A stretch of DNA of 64,000 nucleotides from Octopus vulgaris (Eukaryota), in NCBI GenBank assembly GCA_951406725.2, contig OX597830.1:62310001-62374000 (forward strand). The letters run 5' to 3'. Position 1 is the first letter of the stretch. Each line of letters begins with the position of its first letter. Shown here one piece after another: positions 13,449-27,584 of this stretch. Made by a program: the position numbers and the translations under genes. The notes beneath the pieces are model-generated. The model was not told the DNA's origin. It saw only the letters and a program-made list of their open reading frames with translations, and made no database searches.

Positions 13449-13996
13449 GAGTGAGAGAGCAGTGCATGCCATCAAAGTGACATTGGGGTAAAATATACGA
13501 AGCCCAATATACCCATCATGACTACCCGTCTGATAAGGGTACACCAGGCACATGCATCACAACCATATGTGCGGGGCATGGTGATCTCATATCAAGATAA
13601 ACAAGACATGACTTTATGTAGGTGGCGCCCAGTTAGACTTTTCTTCAGGTCGAGTAGCCCATCTCACTCAAAAGGTCCCTGAATAAAGGTTGTTTAAGGA
13701 TGTTGAACGAACCACCCATGTTTCGAAAGGTGAATTATTCAAACTTCAAAAGAATTCCTCTCAACACATGGCTATGATATTCCACCACTACTTCTGCTCG
13801 TGATCAGAGATGCACATATCGTCATACACTAAGGGACATGCTCAACTGGTTATGGTCAAGCAACTGACAAGCAAATCTGTGGTATTGAGCAGAATATTTG
13901 CTGTAGTCCATCTTTTATACAAAGACAAAACAATGTACATGATAACACTTCCAATCAGTTAAGATCAGAAGCCATGAAAGCTACTGCCTGGTACTG
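13446..13996 (-). mobile_element. Family D retroelement abutting (ATT)n
   Basis: Reverse complement of 747-1318; tail merges into (ATT)n 13365-13448. Confidence 0.85.
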
Positions 13997-14249
13997 TTAT
14001 TATCATCATCGTCGTCATCGTCATCATCATTGTCGTCATCGTCATCATCATCATCATCATTATTATTTCCCAACACATCGTTGGCATCATCTCTCTGACT
14101 CATTTGCTCTCCTATCTTACTCTCTAACTCTCCTGTCTTTTTCAACTGGGGCATCCACTCTGCTCCTGCGGTCGATTTGTTCTTCGACTAACGGTGGTGC
14201 TCCAGCCTGGCCGCAGTCAAATGACTAAAACAAATAAAAAAGTAAAAGA

Positions 14250-14328
<79 letters not shown>

Positions 14329-14405
14329 TGTATGTATGCATATATATATAATATTTATATGTGTGTATATGTGCGTATATGTATGCGTGTATGTGTGTGT
14401 GTATA

Positions 14406-14569
14406 GGCGCAGGAGTAGCTGTGTGGTAAGTAGCTTGCTTACCAACCACAGGGTTCCGGTTTCAGTGCCACTACGTGGCATCTTGGACAAATATCTTCTA
14501 CTATAGCCTCGGGCCAACCAAAGCTTTTGTGAGTGGATTTGGTAGACGGAAACTGAAAGAAGCCCGTCG

Positions 14570-14624
<55 letters not shown>

Positions 14625-14855
14625 GTATGTATATGTGTGTGTCTGTGTGTGTGCGTGCGTGTGTGTGTTGGTGTGTCTGTGTTGCCCCCACCGATGTTGG
14701 TGTGTTTATGTCCACGTATCTTAGCAGCTTGGCAAAAGAGACCGATAAAAAATAAATACTAGGATTACAAAGAATAAGTCCTGAGGTCGATTTACTCGAC
14801 TAAAGGCGGTGCTCCAGCATCGTCGCAGTCAAGTGACAAAACAAGTAAAAGAATG
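14406..14855 (+). mobile_element. SINE family A, full length
   Basis: GGCGCAGGAGTAGCTGTGTGGTAAG head; internal microsatellite; AAACAAGTAAAAGA tail. Confidence 0.9.
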
Positions 14856-14858
14856 GAC

Positions 14859-14915
<57 letters not shown>

Positions 14916-14934
14916 GTGTAGATAACCCAGAACT

Positions 14935-15295
14935 ATTGCTGTTGTTGCTGAGCGAAGCGGTCTTCGTCCTGTAGTGGGAGAAGTCCGAAACGTGGTCCTT
15001 TGCTATTCGTAAGACCCGCAGAAGAGAAAGCAGGTCAACCCCCGACACCGAGAGCATCGATGGATGGATGAATGCACATCCAGGCTCAGCGGTTGCGTAG
15101 GAAGTCGGGGACAAGAAACAGGAAGAAAGAGTGAGAGAAAGATGGAGCGAAAGAGTACAACAGGGGTCGCCACCACCCCCTACCGGAGCCTCGTGGAGCT
15201 TTAGGTGTTTTCGCTCAATAAACACACACAACGCTCGGTCTGGGAATCGAAACCGCGAGTCCGCTGCCGTAACCATTGGGCCATTGCGCCTCCAC
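14935..15295 (-). mobile_element. SINE head H2 with tail T4
   Basis: Head GTGGAGGCGCAATGGCCC..TTTCGATTCCCAGACCG shared with 20335, 51600 and 59441 copies; distinct tail. Confidence 0.85.
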
Positions 15296-15705
15296 CGCTT
15301 TAGCTGCTCACCCGAGGGGTCACGCAGTGGGAACGAATCAGGAAGCAGTCACATTACATGTAGATGTATCAAATATATTGATGTAATTTGATGAGTAAAC
15401 GTGCATTTTTTTTGCTTTTTTCGAAATAATCTCGAAGCGTTATATTTAAATAGATGTTAGTGTAACACGTGTGTTGTTTCTAAGACACAGTACTCTGTTT
15501 TCAACAACTGTTATTCGGATCAGCTCAGAACGTCCGGGATATTCGTCACTGAGGAGGCTAAATCTACTTGAAACACTTAGTATCACATAGTTTCGTTTCG
15601 TGAGTCAGTTGACCTGGCGGTCCACTGGCTTAGTAAGCCAAGCCCTGTGTTTTTAATAAAAAAATCTCACACCGTCCATTGGACAGGGGGCGTTTTGCTC
15701 GTGTA

Positions 15706-15736
<31 letters not shown>

Positions 15737-15912
15737 GCCTCTCTTAATCATTAAACTGCGGTGCACTGCTTTAATGAATCTTAGACGAATGGACCTCAGT
15801 ACTGTTTTTTGTTTTTCTTTTTTCTTTCAAGCTTCGTATTTATTCCATCGGTTTTCTTTTGTTGAATCGCTAGGTTACAGGCTCCTAAACAAACGGATAC
15901 AAACGCAAAATT

Positions 15913-16290
15913 TCTAGACCTTGTAAACATATAATAATGCCAGTGCAAGCCATGCTACTCCAGACTGATGACGAGCAAGACTCAGAAACTAGTCTCTGGA
16001 TTCAGGCTTAGCTGGGTGGAGGTGCTTGTCTCCCCCTTGAAAACATAAGGACACAGGAAATGTGTCAAAGCCGACAGGAAGCGTTGATGCTTCCTAGGGC
16101 TAAATAGCGGTGGTGTGATTCCCTTTATGGGACTGTCACGTTAAGTTGACAGTATACAACTGCTCTATCGTACCACCACTGCTTATATCTCTCTGAGATA
16201 TTTAGAAATGTAATATTTCTATTTGTTATGATCAGTGGATTTATGTTTACAAGGTCTAGACAGGTACTGCAGCCAGCTAGCAAGCCATGC
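15913..16290 (+). mobile_element. Retrozyme-like non-autonomous element (~335-nt unit with hammerhead ribozyme)
   Basis: HHR at 15959-16000; direct repeat GCAAGCCATGC at 15945-15955 and 16280-16290; 19-bp inverted copy 15913-15931 of 16242-16260; at least 6 internal hairpins; no ORF. Confidence 0.7.
15959..16000 (+). ncRNA. Minimal type-I hammerhead ribozyme, GUC cleavage triplet (cut after 15994)
   Basis: TCCAGA-CTGATGA-c-GAG(caaga)CTC-a-GAAA-C(ta)G-TC-TCTGGA: perfect 6-bp stem I, intact core, palindromic ACTAGT stem III. Confidence 0.8.
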
Positions 16291-16508
16291 ACGTTTTAAT
16301 ATAGCCATGCTATATTTATACGTATAGATGTATGTGCATATACGCATGTATATATGCATATATATATATATATATATATACATACATATATATATATATA
16401 TTATTATTATATGATTGAACGCCACACATCCTCTTCCAAGTAGTTTTATATATATATATACATGTGTGTGTGTATGTGTGTGTGTGTTTGTGTGTTTGTG
16501 TGTGTGTG

Positions 16509-16544
<36 letters not shown>

Positions 16545-16549
<5 letters not shown>

Positions 16550-16700
16550 GAAATTTACAGAAAAACAAAAGACGAAGACACATGTATCAACAATAAGCAG
16601 TTGTAATAGTTTGACGCTCGGGAAAGTGAGAAAGTCTTTTACGTTTCGAGTCTACGCTCTTCAACAGAAAGGAACATGAGGAAATAAACGGAGAGAGAGT
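16545..16700 (-). mobile_element. Penelope-type pLTR fragment with HHR motif (16636-16672)
   Basis: Minus strand CTTT-CTGTTGA-a-GAG(cgtaga)CTC-GAAA-CG-TA-AAAG. Confidence 0.65.
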
Positions 16701-17144
16701 GAAAAAAAAAACTTGTGGACACTACAATAGGCTTTTTTAAGTTTCCGCTTTGGACGACTGGAGGCAATAGGAGAAGACAGTTGCCCAAGCTGCAACGCAC
16801 TGGGACTGAACTCGGAACCATGAGGTTTAGAAGCAAACTTCTTAGTTCACAGCCTGACTATTTCAAAACTGTTTGTTCAGCTTTCGCTGGAACGTATTTT
16901 ATGTATTTTATAGAAATTTATGAACTTCGGCATTTTTGAAGATATCTGTTTTGAAAGAGAAGAGAGTGTGTTAGCCGCCACAATGCCTTTCCCTTTGTGT
17001 CTTTTATTATTTATCATTTTGTAGAATTCTTTTGTCTTCTTTGAGAAAAAAAGACGAACACATTCCAATCCATTCTCTTAACTAGATTCTTCTGTGCGAG
17101 ACACGAGGCATTTATTAAAGTGTTAGTGCGTCATTTCGTACACT

Positions 17145-17523
17145 GATGTGTATGTGTGTGTGTGTATATGTGTAATATACATATGTGTATATAAACACAC
17201 ACATACGTATGTGCGTGGATGTGTTGCTTGTGCGTGTGTGTGTGTGTAGGAGGGAAACTGGTGGTGGAGTCTTCGGGGTGGTTGTTCATTTTTATTACCG
17301 AGCTGTTATGCTTAATGCGCAGGGAGGGCACCACTCGAGCAGGACAGATATGCACACACACACACACAAAAGCGCAAACACACGCACGCACACACGTGTG
17401 TTTGTATTTGTATGTATGTATGTATGTATGCATATATGTGTGTATATATGTATATGTATGTGTGTGTATGTGTGTCTATGTACGTGTGCGTGCGTGCATG
17501 TGTGTATGTGTGTGCGTGCGTGC

Positions 17524-17575
<52 letters not shown>

Positions 17576-18307
17576 GTGTGTCAATAATTTGCATTGTGTC
17601 GGAATGTCTGGCATGCATTCCTGAGTCAGTTCAAAGCTGCAAATGTTAAAGCGATCTTTCTTACACCATCGCTCCATCTCTGCTCCTCCACCTCCACCTC
17701 CTCCTCTTCCTCTTCCTCCTCCTCCTACACCCTCTACCCATTTCACTCTCCTCTATTCTCCCTCCCTCCCTCCCTCCTTCCCTCTCTCTCTAGTTCCTTG
17801 ATGTACTCCCACCACCACCACCGCCGCCACCGCCACTCTACGTCGATCTTATTGATTCCTCGACGTGATATATGACTTCAATATCCCGAGTCTACCTTTA
17901 TAGGTCGTTATTGTTCTTCATTGTATTAAAAGATTCGTCGATCGATAAGTAAATATGGTCTGTGAATTTATGATTGTCATTGTTTTTGCTGCTCATGCTC
18001 TTGTCGTTGTTGTTGTTGTTGTTATTGCTATTGTTGCTGGTGGTGGAGGTGATGGGGGAGGGGATGCTGTTCTTTTTCTGGTGCTACTTTTATTTTCTTT
18101 TATTTATTTTTTTTTTGTATTTTATTTCATCTATTTCTCTATTTTTTTTGTTCATGTCGAGTAATAATGAAATGGCGCTTTTTTTTCACGTAACGGAAGT
18201 GAATTGTATATATATATATATATGTGTGTTTGTGTATGTGTGTGTGTATACATGCACACACACACTCACACACACACAAACATAAATTATATGTTATATA
18301 TTTGATG

Positions 18308-18340
<33 letters not shown>

Positions 18341-18362
18341 GTGATATAGATACATACATGTG

Positions 18363-18395
<33 letters not shown>

Positions 18396-18402
18396 ATGTA
18401 TG

Positions 18403-18443
<41 letters not shown>

Positions 18444-18594
18444 ACATATCTATATATCTATCCACATATATATATATATACATATATATATGTGGATGTA
18501 TATATGTATATATGTATATATATATGTATATATATATATGTGTGTGTGTGTGTATATCTATATGTATATGTGTGTGTATGTAAATATACATAAT

Positions 18595-18649
<55 letters not shown>

Positions 18650-18710
18650 GCACGTGTGTGTGTGTGTGTGTATCTATATGTATATGTGTGTGTATGTATA
18701 TATACATAAT

Positions 18711-18767
<57 letters not shown>

Positions 18768-18977
18768 GTGTGTGTGTGTATGGAGATGAAACGGGTAGGA
18801 TAAAAAAAATTGACAAATAGATATGTGGACAGAAAGAGGGAGGGAGGTGTTCTGTGTGTATATGAGTCTGTCATTGCATGTGTGTGCGTCGATAGAAATC
18901 ATTACGCTTCAACTTCATGCATTATGACTGTTCCCTGTAAAGATACATATATGTGCGTATATATATATATATATATA

Positions 18978-19015
<38 letters not shown>

Positions 19016-19084
19016 TGTATGAATATACATACATATATGTATGTATGTGTGAGTATATACGTATATATATATATATATATATAT

Positions 19085-19133
<49 letters not shown>

Positions 19134-19184
19134 CATGCATATATCCACATATATCCATATATATATACATATATATATGTATAT

Positions 19185-19226
<42 letters not shown>

Positions 19227-19318
19227 ATATATATATATGTATATATATATAAATATATGGATATATATATAAATATATGGATATATATATCTATATATGG
19301 ATATATATATATATACAT

Positions 19319-19417
<99 letters not shown>

Positions 19418-19470
19418 TCATATATATATGTATATGTATGTATGTATAGATAGATAGATAGATAGATAGA
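17145..19470. repeat. Large compound (TG)n/(TA)n/(TATG)n microsatellite field with short unique islands
   Basis: Directly visible. Confidence 0.9.
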
Positions 19471-20334
19471 TATGAGAGTAAAGTGATGTTGAGAGCGAAG
19501 AGTAAGAGCGGCAAAATGAGAAAGAGGGAGAATAAGAGAGAAAAGAGAAAGGCAGAGAAAGAAAGATATATATATATATATAGAGAGAGAGAGTGTGTGT
19601 GTGTCATAGAAAGATGCAGCGTGTGGAAGTGGGGTGGGAGAGATGCGATCGTAGATGAAAAGAAGTGGTAAAAGGTTACTAATAAAAGATGAAAAGGAAG
19701 GGGAAAAGAGAGAAAGAGGGAAAAAGATAAAGACGCAAACTGCTAAAGAGAGAGAGAGAGGGGGGAGTGAGGAGGGGGGAGAGGATAAAAGAGAAAGGAA
19801 GAGAGAATATATTAATAATTGCTTTAGATGAGGGTCAAGCTTAATGATTGTAAATGAGAAGACAAGTCGCCTGTATCTTCCGTTGTGTATAACTGATAGT
19901 GTATGTGTTTGCTATATACACACATACAGTAAGGCATCACATATCTTGTAGAGAGAGAAACGCACATATTTAACGTAGGAAAAAGAACTGAATGAATAAA
20001 ATGAAATTGCCATCGGTAGTGAAAGATTTAACGTTTCGGAAAGAGTACTTCTTCAAGTTAAACTTGACAGGAGTGAAGTAGAAGCGTAGTAAAGTTTTAC
20101 GTCGTATGTGCTTGAGAGGGTGGATGTAATATTGAAATAGAAGGACTTGGGTCAACAGAAATTATCTAACATCTCTGTTCTTTTCTCAAGATTGTTGGAT
20201 ATGATTTGAAGGAGATTTGGCTGTTATCTCTTGCAAATCAGCAGCTATGCAAATGTCGATCTTTGCCTCGTCTTTGTTGAAGGGTCTTTAGAGACGTTGT
20301 ACATATCTACATTTACACATATATATTTTGTTGG

Positions 20335-20688
20335 CTCTCCGTCGCTTATGACGACGAGGGTTCCAGTTGATCCGATCAATTAATGTGCAAGTGGCTGAGC
20401 ACTCCACAGACACGTGTAACCTTAACGTAGTTCTCGGGGATATTCAGCGTGACACAGTGTGACAAGGCTGGCCCTTTGAATTACAGGTACAACAGGAACA
20501 GGAAGAAAGAGTGAGAGAAAGTTGTGGTGAAATAGTACAGCAGAGTTCGCCACCACCCCCTGCCGTAGCCTCGTGGAGCATTTAGGTGTTTTCGCTCAAT
20601 AAACACTCACAACGCCTTGTCTGGGAATCGAAACCGCGATCCTATGACCGCGAGTCCGCTGCCCTAACCACTGGGCCATTGCGCCACC
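20335..20688 (-). mobile_element. SINE head H2 with tail T2
   Basis: Head shared with 59441; tail (GACGACGAGGG..CCTTAACGTAGTTCTCGGGGA..GTGACAAGGCTG) shared with 50220. Confidence 0.85.
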
Positions 20689-20754
20689 ACACACATACAT
20701 ATAGAAATACGTATACATATGTGTGTATGTATGTATATATATATATATATATAT

Positions 20755-20904
<150 letters not shown>

Positions 20905-21454
20905 TTGCGGAATTTCATCGGTTTTACGTTCTCAGTTCAAATTCTGTCGCAGTTGTTAAAGTCTATGCTTTTCCTCCTTTGGGGTCCATCAAATCAGTAC
21001 CTGTTGAGTATTGGAGTCGATGTAATCAACTAGCCACCCCACCTCCCCTACAATTTCAGTTCTTGTGCCTATAGTACAAAAACTTATTTACTAAACAATC
21101 AGAGAAGCACTTTGAACACAGAACGTGGTGATTCACAGCTCAAACTTACAAACCACAACCTAACTTTCGCGATCTTTATCGCACCCACCAGACCCACTTT
21201 TCTTATTAAATGCTAATTCAAGCAATTGAGGTCAGTTTGCATTTATAGGTTCTTAGTCCTTTTCTCATTTAACTTGTATTAGTAATTGGTTAATTAGTTA
21301 TGTTTTCTAATTCAATATTCCATTAATTTGTCTGATGTGGAATGGAAATTTAATCAAATTCTATTACAAGGGGTATATCCAGTAAAAAAGTGTGAAATGT
21401 CCTGCTGTGAATACATGAAGTTCACTCTGTGCAGCCATTATGGATAAGAACATG

Positions 21455-22700
21455 GCGGCAAACGGGCAGAATCGTCAACGCGCCGGATAAATTGATTTTT
21501 GCTCTAAGTTCAAATTCTGCCAAGGTCGATTTTGCGCTTCATTCTTTCAGGGCCAATAAATTAAGTACTAGTTGAGCAATGAGGCAGCTGTATTTAATTA
21601 CTCCTCTAGCCACGAAAATGTCAAGCCTTGTGTTTATAGTAGAAAGGAATATTATAGATAAGAAAAAAAGCGGTGAACTGGTTGAGTCGTTGGCCCGCCA
21701 GATAAAATGCTTAGCCGCATTTCGTCTTTACGTTTTGAGTTCAAACCCCGCCGAGGTCGACTTTGCCTTTCATCCTTTCAGGGTCGATGCATAAGTACCG
21801 GTTGAGAACAGGGGCCAATGTAATCGACTAACACCCTCACATCGAAATTTCAGGTATTGTGCCTGTTAGTAGAAAAGATAATTAATAAAAAATAAATGCG
21901 CCCTTTCTAAAGGGTCGTAGCCAGGCTCATGGGCCCGGTTTCCCAGTTTCCATGGCATATGTGTTCCCAAGCTGGATGGGACACAAGTCCATCGCAGCGT
22001 TACTCATTTTTACTAGCTGAGTGGACTGGAGAAACGTGAAATGAAGTGTTTTGCTCAAGAACACAACGCATCGCCCGGTCCAGGAATCGAAACCACAATC
22101 TTACGATCATGATGCTGACACCTTAACCACTAAGCCACGCGCCTCCACAGAAAAGATAATTACTGACGAGAAAAGGATAGTAAACGGGTAGAATCGTTAG
22201 CACCCTGAATAAAATGCATAGTGATACTTCTTCTGATCCTCTACGTTCTGAGTTCAAATTCCACCGAGGTCGACTCTGCCATTTATCCTTCAGAATCGTT
22301 AGTACACTGGATGAAAATGCGTAGTTGCATTTTACTTTTTGACATTAGATTCCGCTGAAGTCAGCTTTGTTTTTCATCCTTCAAAGTCGATGTAATTAAA
22401 TACCAGTAAGATATTGCAGTCGATGTAATTAACCATCCTCCTATCCTAAGATTGCTGGCCTTGTGCCAAAATTTGAAACAATTGCTACAGGGAAGAAAAG
22501 GTAGCGAGGTGACAGAGTCTGTAGAACGTCGGACAAATGTCCTGTGGTATTTCTTCTGGCTTTTTACTTTCTGAGTTCAAATCTCGGTGAGGTTAACTTT
22601 GCCTTTCATTCCCCCCGAGATCGACAAAACAGTTTACCCGTCTACAACTGCGATGGGGCGATATAATCACCTCTCATCAAAATTGTGGTGTTTGTGTCTT
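21455..22700 (+). mobile_element. Cluster of 4-5 head-to-tail degenerate family B SINEs
   Basis: Repeated GAGTTCAAAT..GAGGTCGACTTTGCCTTTCATCC motifs near 21505, 21737, 22250, 22350 and 22573. Confidence 0.8.
21885..22148 (-). mobile_element. SINE head H1 with tail T1
   Basis: TSD AGAAAAGATAATTA at 21871-21884 and 22149-22162. Confidence 0.9.
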
Positions 22701-22758
22701 AATTAAAAGCAATTACTTCTTGCTGTGGTGACGGAAAATCTGTTTTCTCTTTCGTTAG

Positions 22759-22944
22759 GTCCGCAGGTATTGCATTTCTGGAAATAGCACCTGTTAATTC
22801 CATCCCTCGTTGATTTCTTACCCTTGAAATTAGACCTTTTGTGCGTGTGTGATGAAAGTCATAAGCAGACATTCTATCTTTGAGACGTGACAACCGTCTT
22901 AAATAACCATTTTGTCCCTGTAACACGATCCTCTTTCCGTTTTG
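22759..22944 (+). other. Candidate non-coding (5' UTR/lncRNA) exon
   Basis: Acceptor TCTGTTTTCTCTTTCGTTAG|, donor TTG|GTGAGA; unique sequence; stops in all three frames. Confidence 0.25.
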
Positions 22945-23400
22945 GTGAGATTTGAAAAGCGGTCTCCAAAAAAAAAAAAAATTCTTCCTTGTCTTGTATT
23001 TAAGGCAATTAATTTAAGTAAAAACACTTGCCAATTTTACAGTGTCCCCTCTACTTGTTGTGGGAAGCTCTCTCCCTAGCTACAGCAAAATGGGACGCTA
23101 CATTGCTGTTTTTCTACTGAAAATAAGTTCAAGAATGGTTTAGGGATTCGAACCATGATCGTGTCAGTCCGTAGACGGGTATATCATAAATAAGATAAAT
23201 GAAGGATGGCATACCATTTCTTATTTCTTTCCTTCTACTTGTTTCAGTCATTGGACTGCGGCCATGCTGGTGCATCGCCTTGAAGGATTCAGTCAAAACA
23301 AACCAGCTTCAATAATTATTATTTTTATAGTCTGGCACTTATTCTATCGGTCACTTTAGCCAAACCGTGAAGCTATGGGGACGCAAACAAACCAACACTG

Positions 23401-23495
<95 letters not shown>

Positions 23496-23601
23496 AATTT
23501 TCTCTGATTTTTCAGATTTCTGTATGCTAGGCTACTGATTTTAAATTGATATTAATTAAATTAATATTCAATTTATCTCCCTCATTATTTAAATGTTTAT
23601 A

Positions 23602-23932
<331 letters not shown>

Positions 23933-24458
23933 TATATGATCAGCTTCTTTTAATTTCCATCCACCAAATTCACTGACAAGGAATTGATCAGCCCGGAGCT
24001 ATAGCAGGTGACACATGTCTACGGTTCAATCCTTCCGCGCAGTAGGACTGATCGTGAAATTTCATGGTTACCTAGCGAGCGCCTTAACCGCACAGCCATC
24101 CTTCCACCTAAGAGCAATTAACTTGCTGAAACTTTTGTATTTCCATTTGGCGCATGCGTGGCTCTGTGGTTAAAATTTTTTCTTTTGCAAACCCCATGGT
24201 TCCGAGTTCAAACAAACATAGTTTCACTCCCTAGCAGATGCAACACAAATATATCACATTTGTTTTTTTGTTTGTTTGTGTGTTCGTCTATTTGATAGAA
24301 TTGGTGACTGAGAGTTTCCTTATCCATTTGGCGTCTTGGCCAAAGAATTTTTTTCAATCTTTTTGCAGGCTTAGGAATTTATCCATATCACATTACAGGA
24401 TATATTTTGGTTTTGTTCCTCGTAATCTTTTCAGTGTGTTTGTGAGAGAGAAATAGAT

Positions 24459-24489
<31 letters not shown>

Positions 24490-24511
24490 GATGGAAGAGA
24501 GACAAGAGAGA

Positions 24512-24547
<36 letters not shown>

Positions 24548-24632
24548 ATTGGCAATTTATTGGTCTTTAGCAGCTGTGCAAGATTCCTTGTCTCTTAGCT
24601 TTAAACTCCTTCTGCATCGCCATAGCTTCAGT

Positions 24633-24692
<60 letters not shown>

Positions 24693-25842
24693 TCTATAAG
24701 TATGTATGTATGTATATATGTGTGTGTGTATGAATATATGTATGTATGTACACATGTGTGTGTGTATAATCTAAACGATATAGGTAAGACATGTAGCTGT
24801 TCACACGCTGTTGTTCACATCTACCGAGGTTCACCTACACCAGTGTTAATGTTCACAGACGCTAGTGTTCACTCAGAGCTGTTCGCAATCATTGCCGTAC
24901 GCATACATCCACCCATGCCCTTCGCACAGCAACGAACACCATTTTTCTATTAACCAGAGAAACACAAAATGATTTATCATAAACGACGGAGATACGCTAC
25001 ACAATAACTATTTCGATCTTTAATTGTTTTAAGTTCAAACCCCACTAAAGTCACTTTGCCTCTAATGGTTCTTCCACAGCCAATAACATAATTACCAGTA
25101 AGCTACCCGAACTAATACGATTCAAAAATATTTTAGCAAACCTGAAAATTACACAATATTTTTTGTTTTATTCCAAATGACAGATTGGCCAAGGAAATAA
25201 TGTTACGAAAATTAGCGCCACGCTCTTTTACGTTTTTTTTTTTTTTTTTAACTTTTCATATTTTATCTTATTTATTTATTTATTTGCTGTCACTTTGCAA
25301 CAAAGCTATGGAAGAATCTCAATTCTTTCGTTTTGAAATGACGATCACATCTCAGAATCTACAGAATCTAATCCCCATTAACCCATTTTTCATAATGGTT
25401 TTGAAGAATGTCGTCTGCCAAATTTGTCACGGCTATGGTGCAAGGTTGCAACAAAAATCGATAGATGGACAGATAATTGAGGTATTCTTTGTGAAAAGGT
25501 TGTAATTAAGCAGATATTTGCTCATTCCTGGAATTCCTCAAACAATTCAAACATTCCTTTGGGGAAGAAGAGAGAACTGTTCTTTGTGAAGCCACAGAGA
25601 TACCAAAAAGGTAAAGCAAAGCAAAGGGGGAAACTATATACGATTGTGTATTATAGATCTACTTGATCACGGCTGACCTAGGGTTAAATAACAACCACAA
25701 GAGAAAATTGCGTCACAGGGGAAGATCTACAAGTTCTTCCATTCCTATTTGGAAAGGACAAGTTCAGAATTATTTCGAGGAAATAATCTCAGTTTTATGG
25801 TAAGAAAGAAAATTCCTCGACAGCCACGGTCATATAACTGAA

Positions 25843-25880
25843 CTAGTTACTACGGACCCGTAGAACATCCACGGGTAATA
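25843..25880 (-). mobile_element. Helitron 3' end fragment
   Basis: CTAG plus hairpin ACCCGT..ACGGGT. Confidence 0.5.
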
Positions 25881-26067
25881 AATCTTCAATTTTGTAGATA
25901 ATTACTTGCAGCAATCTGCATTGAAAGGGATCAATTGAATGAAGTACATGTTCCCACTTACCATTAAATAAATAATAAAATTTACATGCAAACATGTATA
26001 CATATACATATATATACATGTGTGCGTGTGTGTGTGTGGTATCTATCTATATATCTATTTATCTATA

Positions 26068-26118
<51 letters not shown>

Positions 26119-26233
26119 ATCTTCATAAGAATTTATCAAGCGGTTAGCGTGAAAAACCTCATACGAGAAAAAATCCACCAATTTTTTCACTTAAATATAT
26201 TTCTTTATATCATATAGAGGGCATTATTACACA

Positions 26234-26577
26234 TAAATGCCACACGCTAGGAGGGACTCTTAAAGTCTAAACTACTAAAATAAATAAACATATCGCATCG
26301 AATACAAACTCTCGAAGCCAGACATTTAAAAACAGAATTTAGCTTTATATCACCTGTGATTTCGTAATCAGTACAGTATTTTGTACTCTTTACTCCTCAG
26401 TACAAGCATAATTCAAGATTTATAATGAATGGACAAAATCACCATACCAGACGAACAACTGTCGTATCCACCGAAGTATTTAGAAACTGTTCACCCGAGA
26501 GTTTGCATTCGGTGCGATATGTTTGTTTATTTTAGTAGTTTTGACTTTAAGAGTCCCTCCTAGCGTGTGGCATTTAT
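26234..26577. repeat. ~80-bp inverted repeat pair (MITE or Penelope-type inversion)
   Basis: TAAATGCCACACGCTAGGAGGGACTCTTAAAGTC.. at 26234-26314 and its reverse complement at 26496-26577. Confidence 0.85.
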
Positions 26578-26758
26578 ATATATATATATGTATGTAGGTA
26601 GGTAGGTAGGTAGGTAGGTAGGTAGGTAGGTCTGCGTGTATGTATATGTATATATTCAAATATGAATTAGAGGCAGCGCGGGTGCTGTAAACATTATCGA
26701 ACACACATACATTGCGTATGTGTGTTCGGTAATATAGATAGATAGATAGATAGATAAG

Positions 26759-26793
<35 letters not shown>

Positions 26794-26827
26794 GTAGACA
26801 GGCAGGCAGACAGACAGACAGACAGAC

Positions 26828-26877
<50 letters not shown>

Positions 26878-27584
26878 GTAGATAGATGGATAGACAGACA
26901 GACGGACGGACTTAGACGTATGCGTTGGTATCAGCAGGAAAATAGAAATCAAAACATGAGTATATATATTTTCATTGTTAATCGGCAGAAGTGTTACAAA
27001 CTGACTCAAAGCCCAAGAGTCTGTCTATTGGTACTTGTGTATGTTGGTAAGTGCCAGTGTACGAAACTCTCGTCCTTTGTGTCTCTTTATAATACTTCTG
27101 CCGATTAATAATAAGAAATACACACACACACACACATACATACATATATATAGGATTTTCAGAGGGATAGCATATGACATCAATTGGTATATCCTTATTT
27201 TCTGTTTTTCTTTATTCTTCCGTTCTGATGAAGTTCCACTATTTACGTTGGTATAATTATTAACAGCGATAATCATCATTATTATAATAATTAACCTTGA
27301 TTATGCCCCCAAAAAGCGCGAACAGAAACAGCTGTTAGATGAGATATTGTCTTTTTTTTTTGTAATCATTAAAATATAATTGATGATTATGAGTTATCAA
27401 TTTTATCTCCATTTTCTTATTTTTCCTTAAATATAGATAAAATTCTGTTTATTCCTTTCCTTATGTTTCATTCATGAGCATTAATGCTTAATACTCATAA
27501 TCACATATAGGTAATATACCAGTAATTTATTGGATATAAATATCCCTTAGACAGTTTTTATAACCTATATATATATATATATAT

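Noticed and set aside
15545-15585. Hammerhead-like CTGAGGA...GAAA
   Set aside because: Stems I and II do not form; AAATCTACTTGAAACACT recurs near 27915-27932 (minus) without the core
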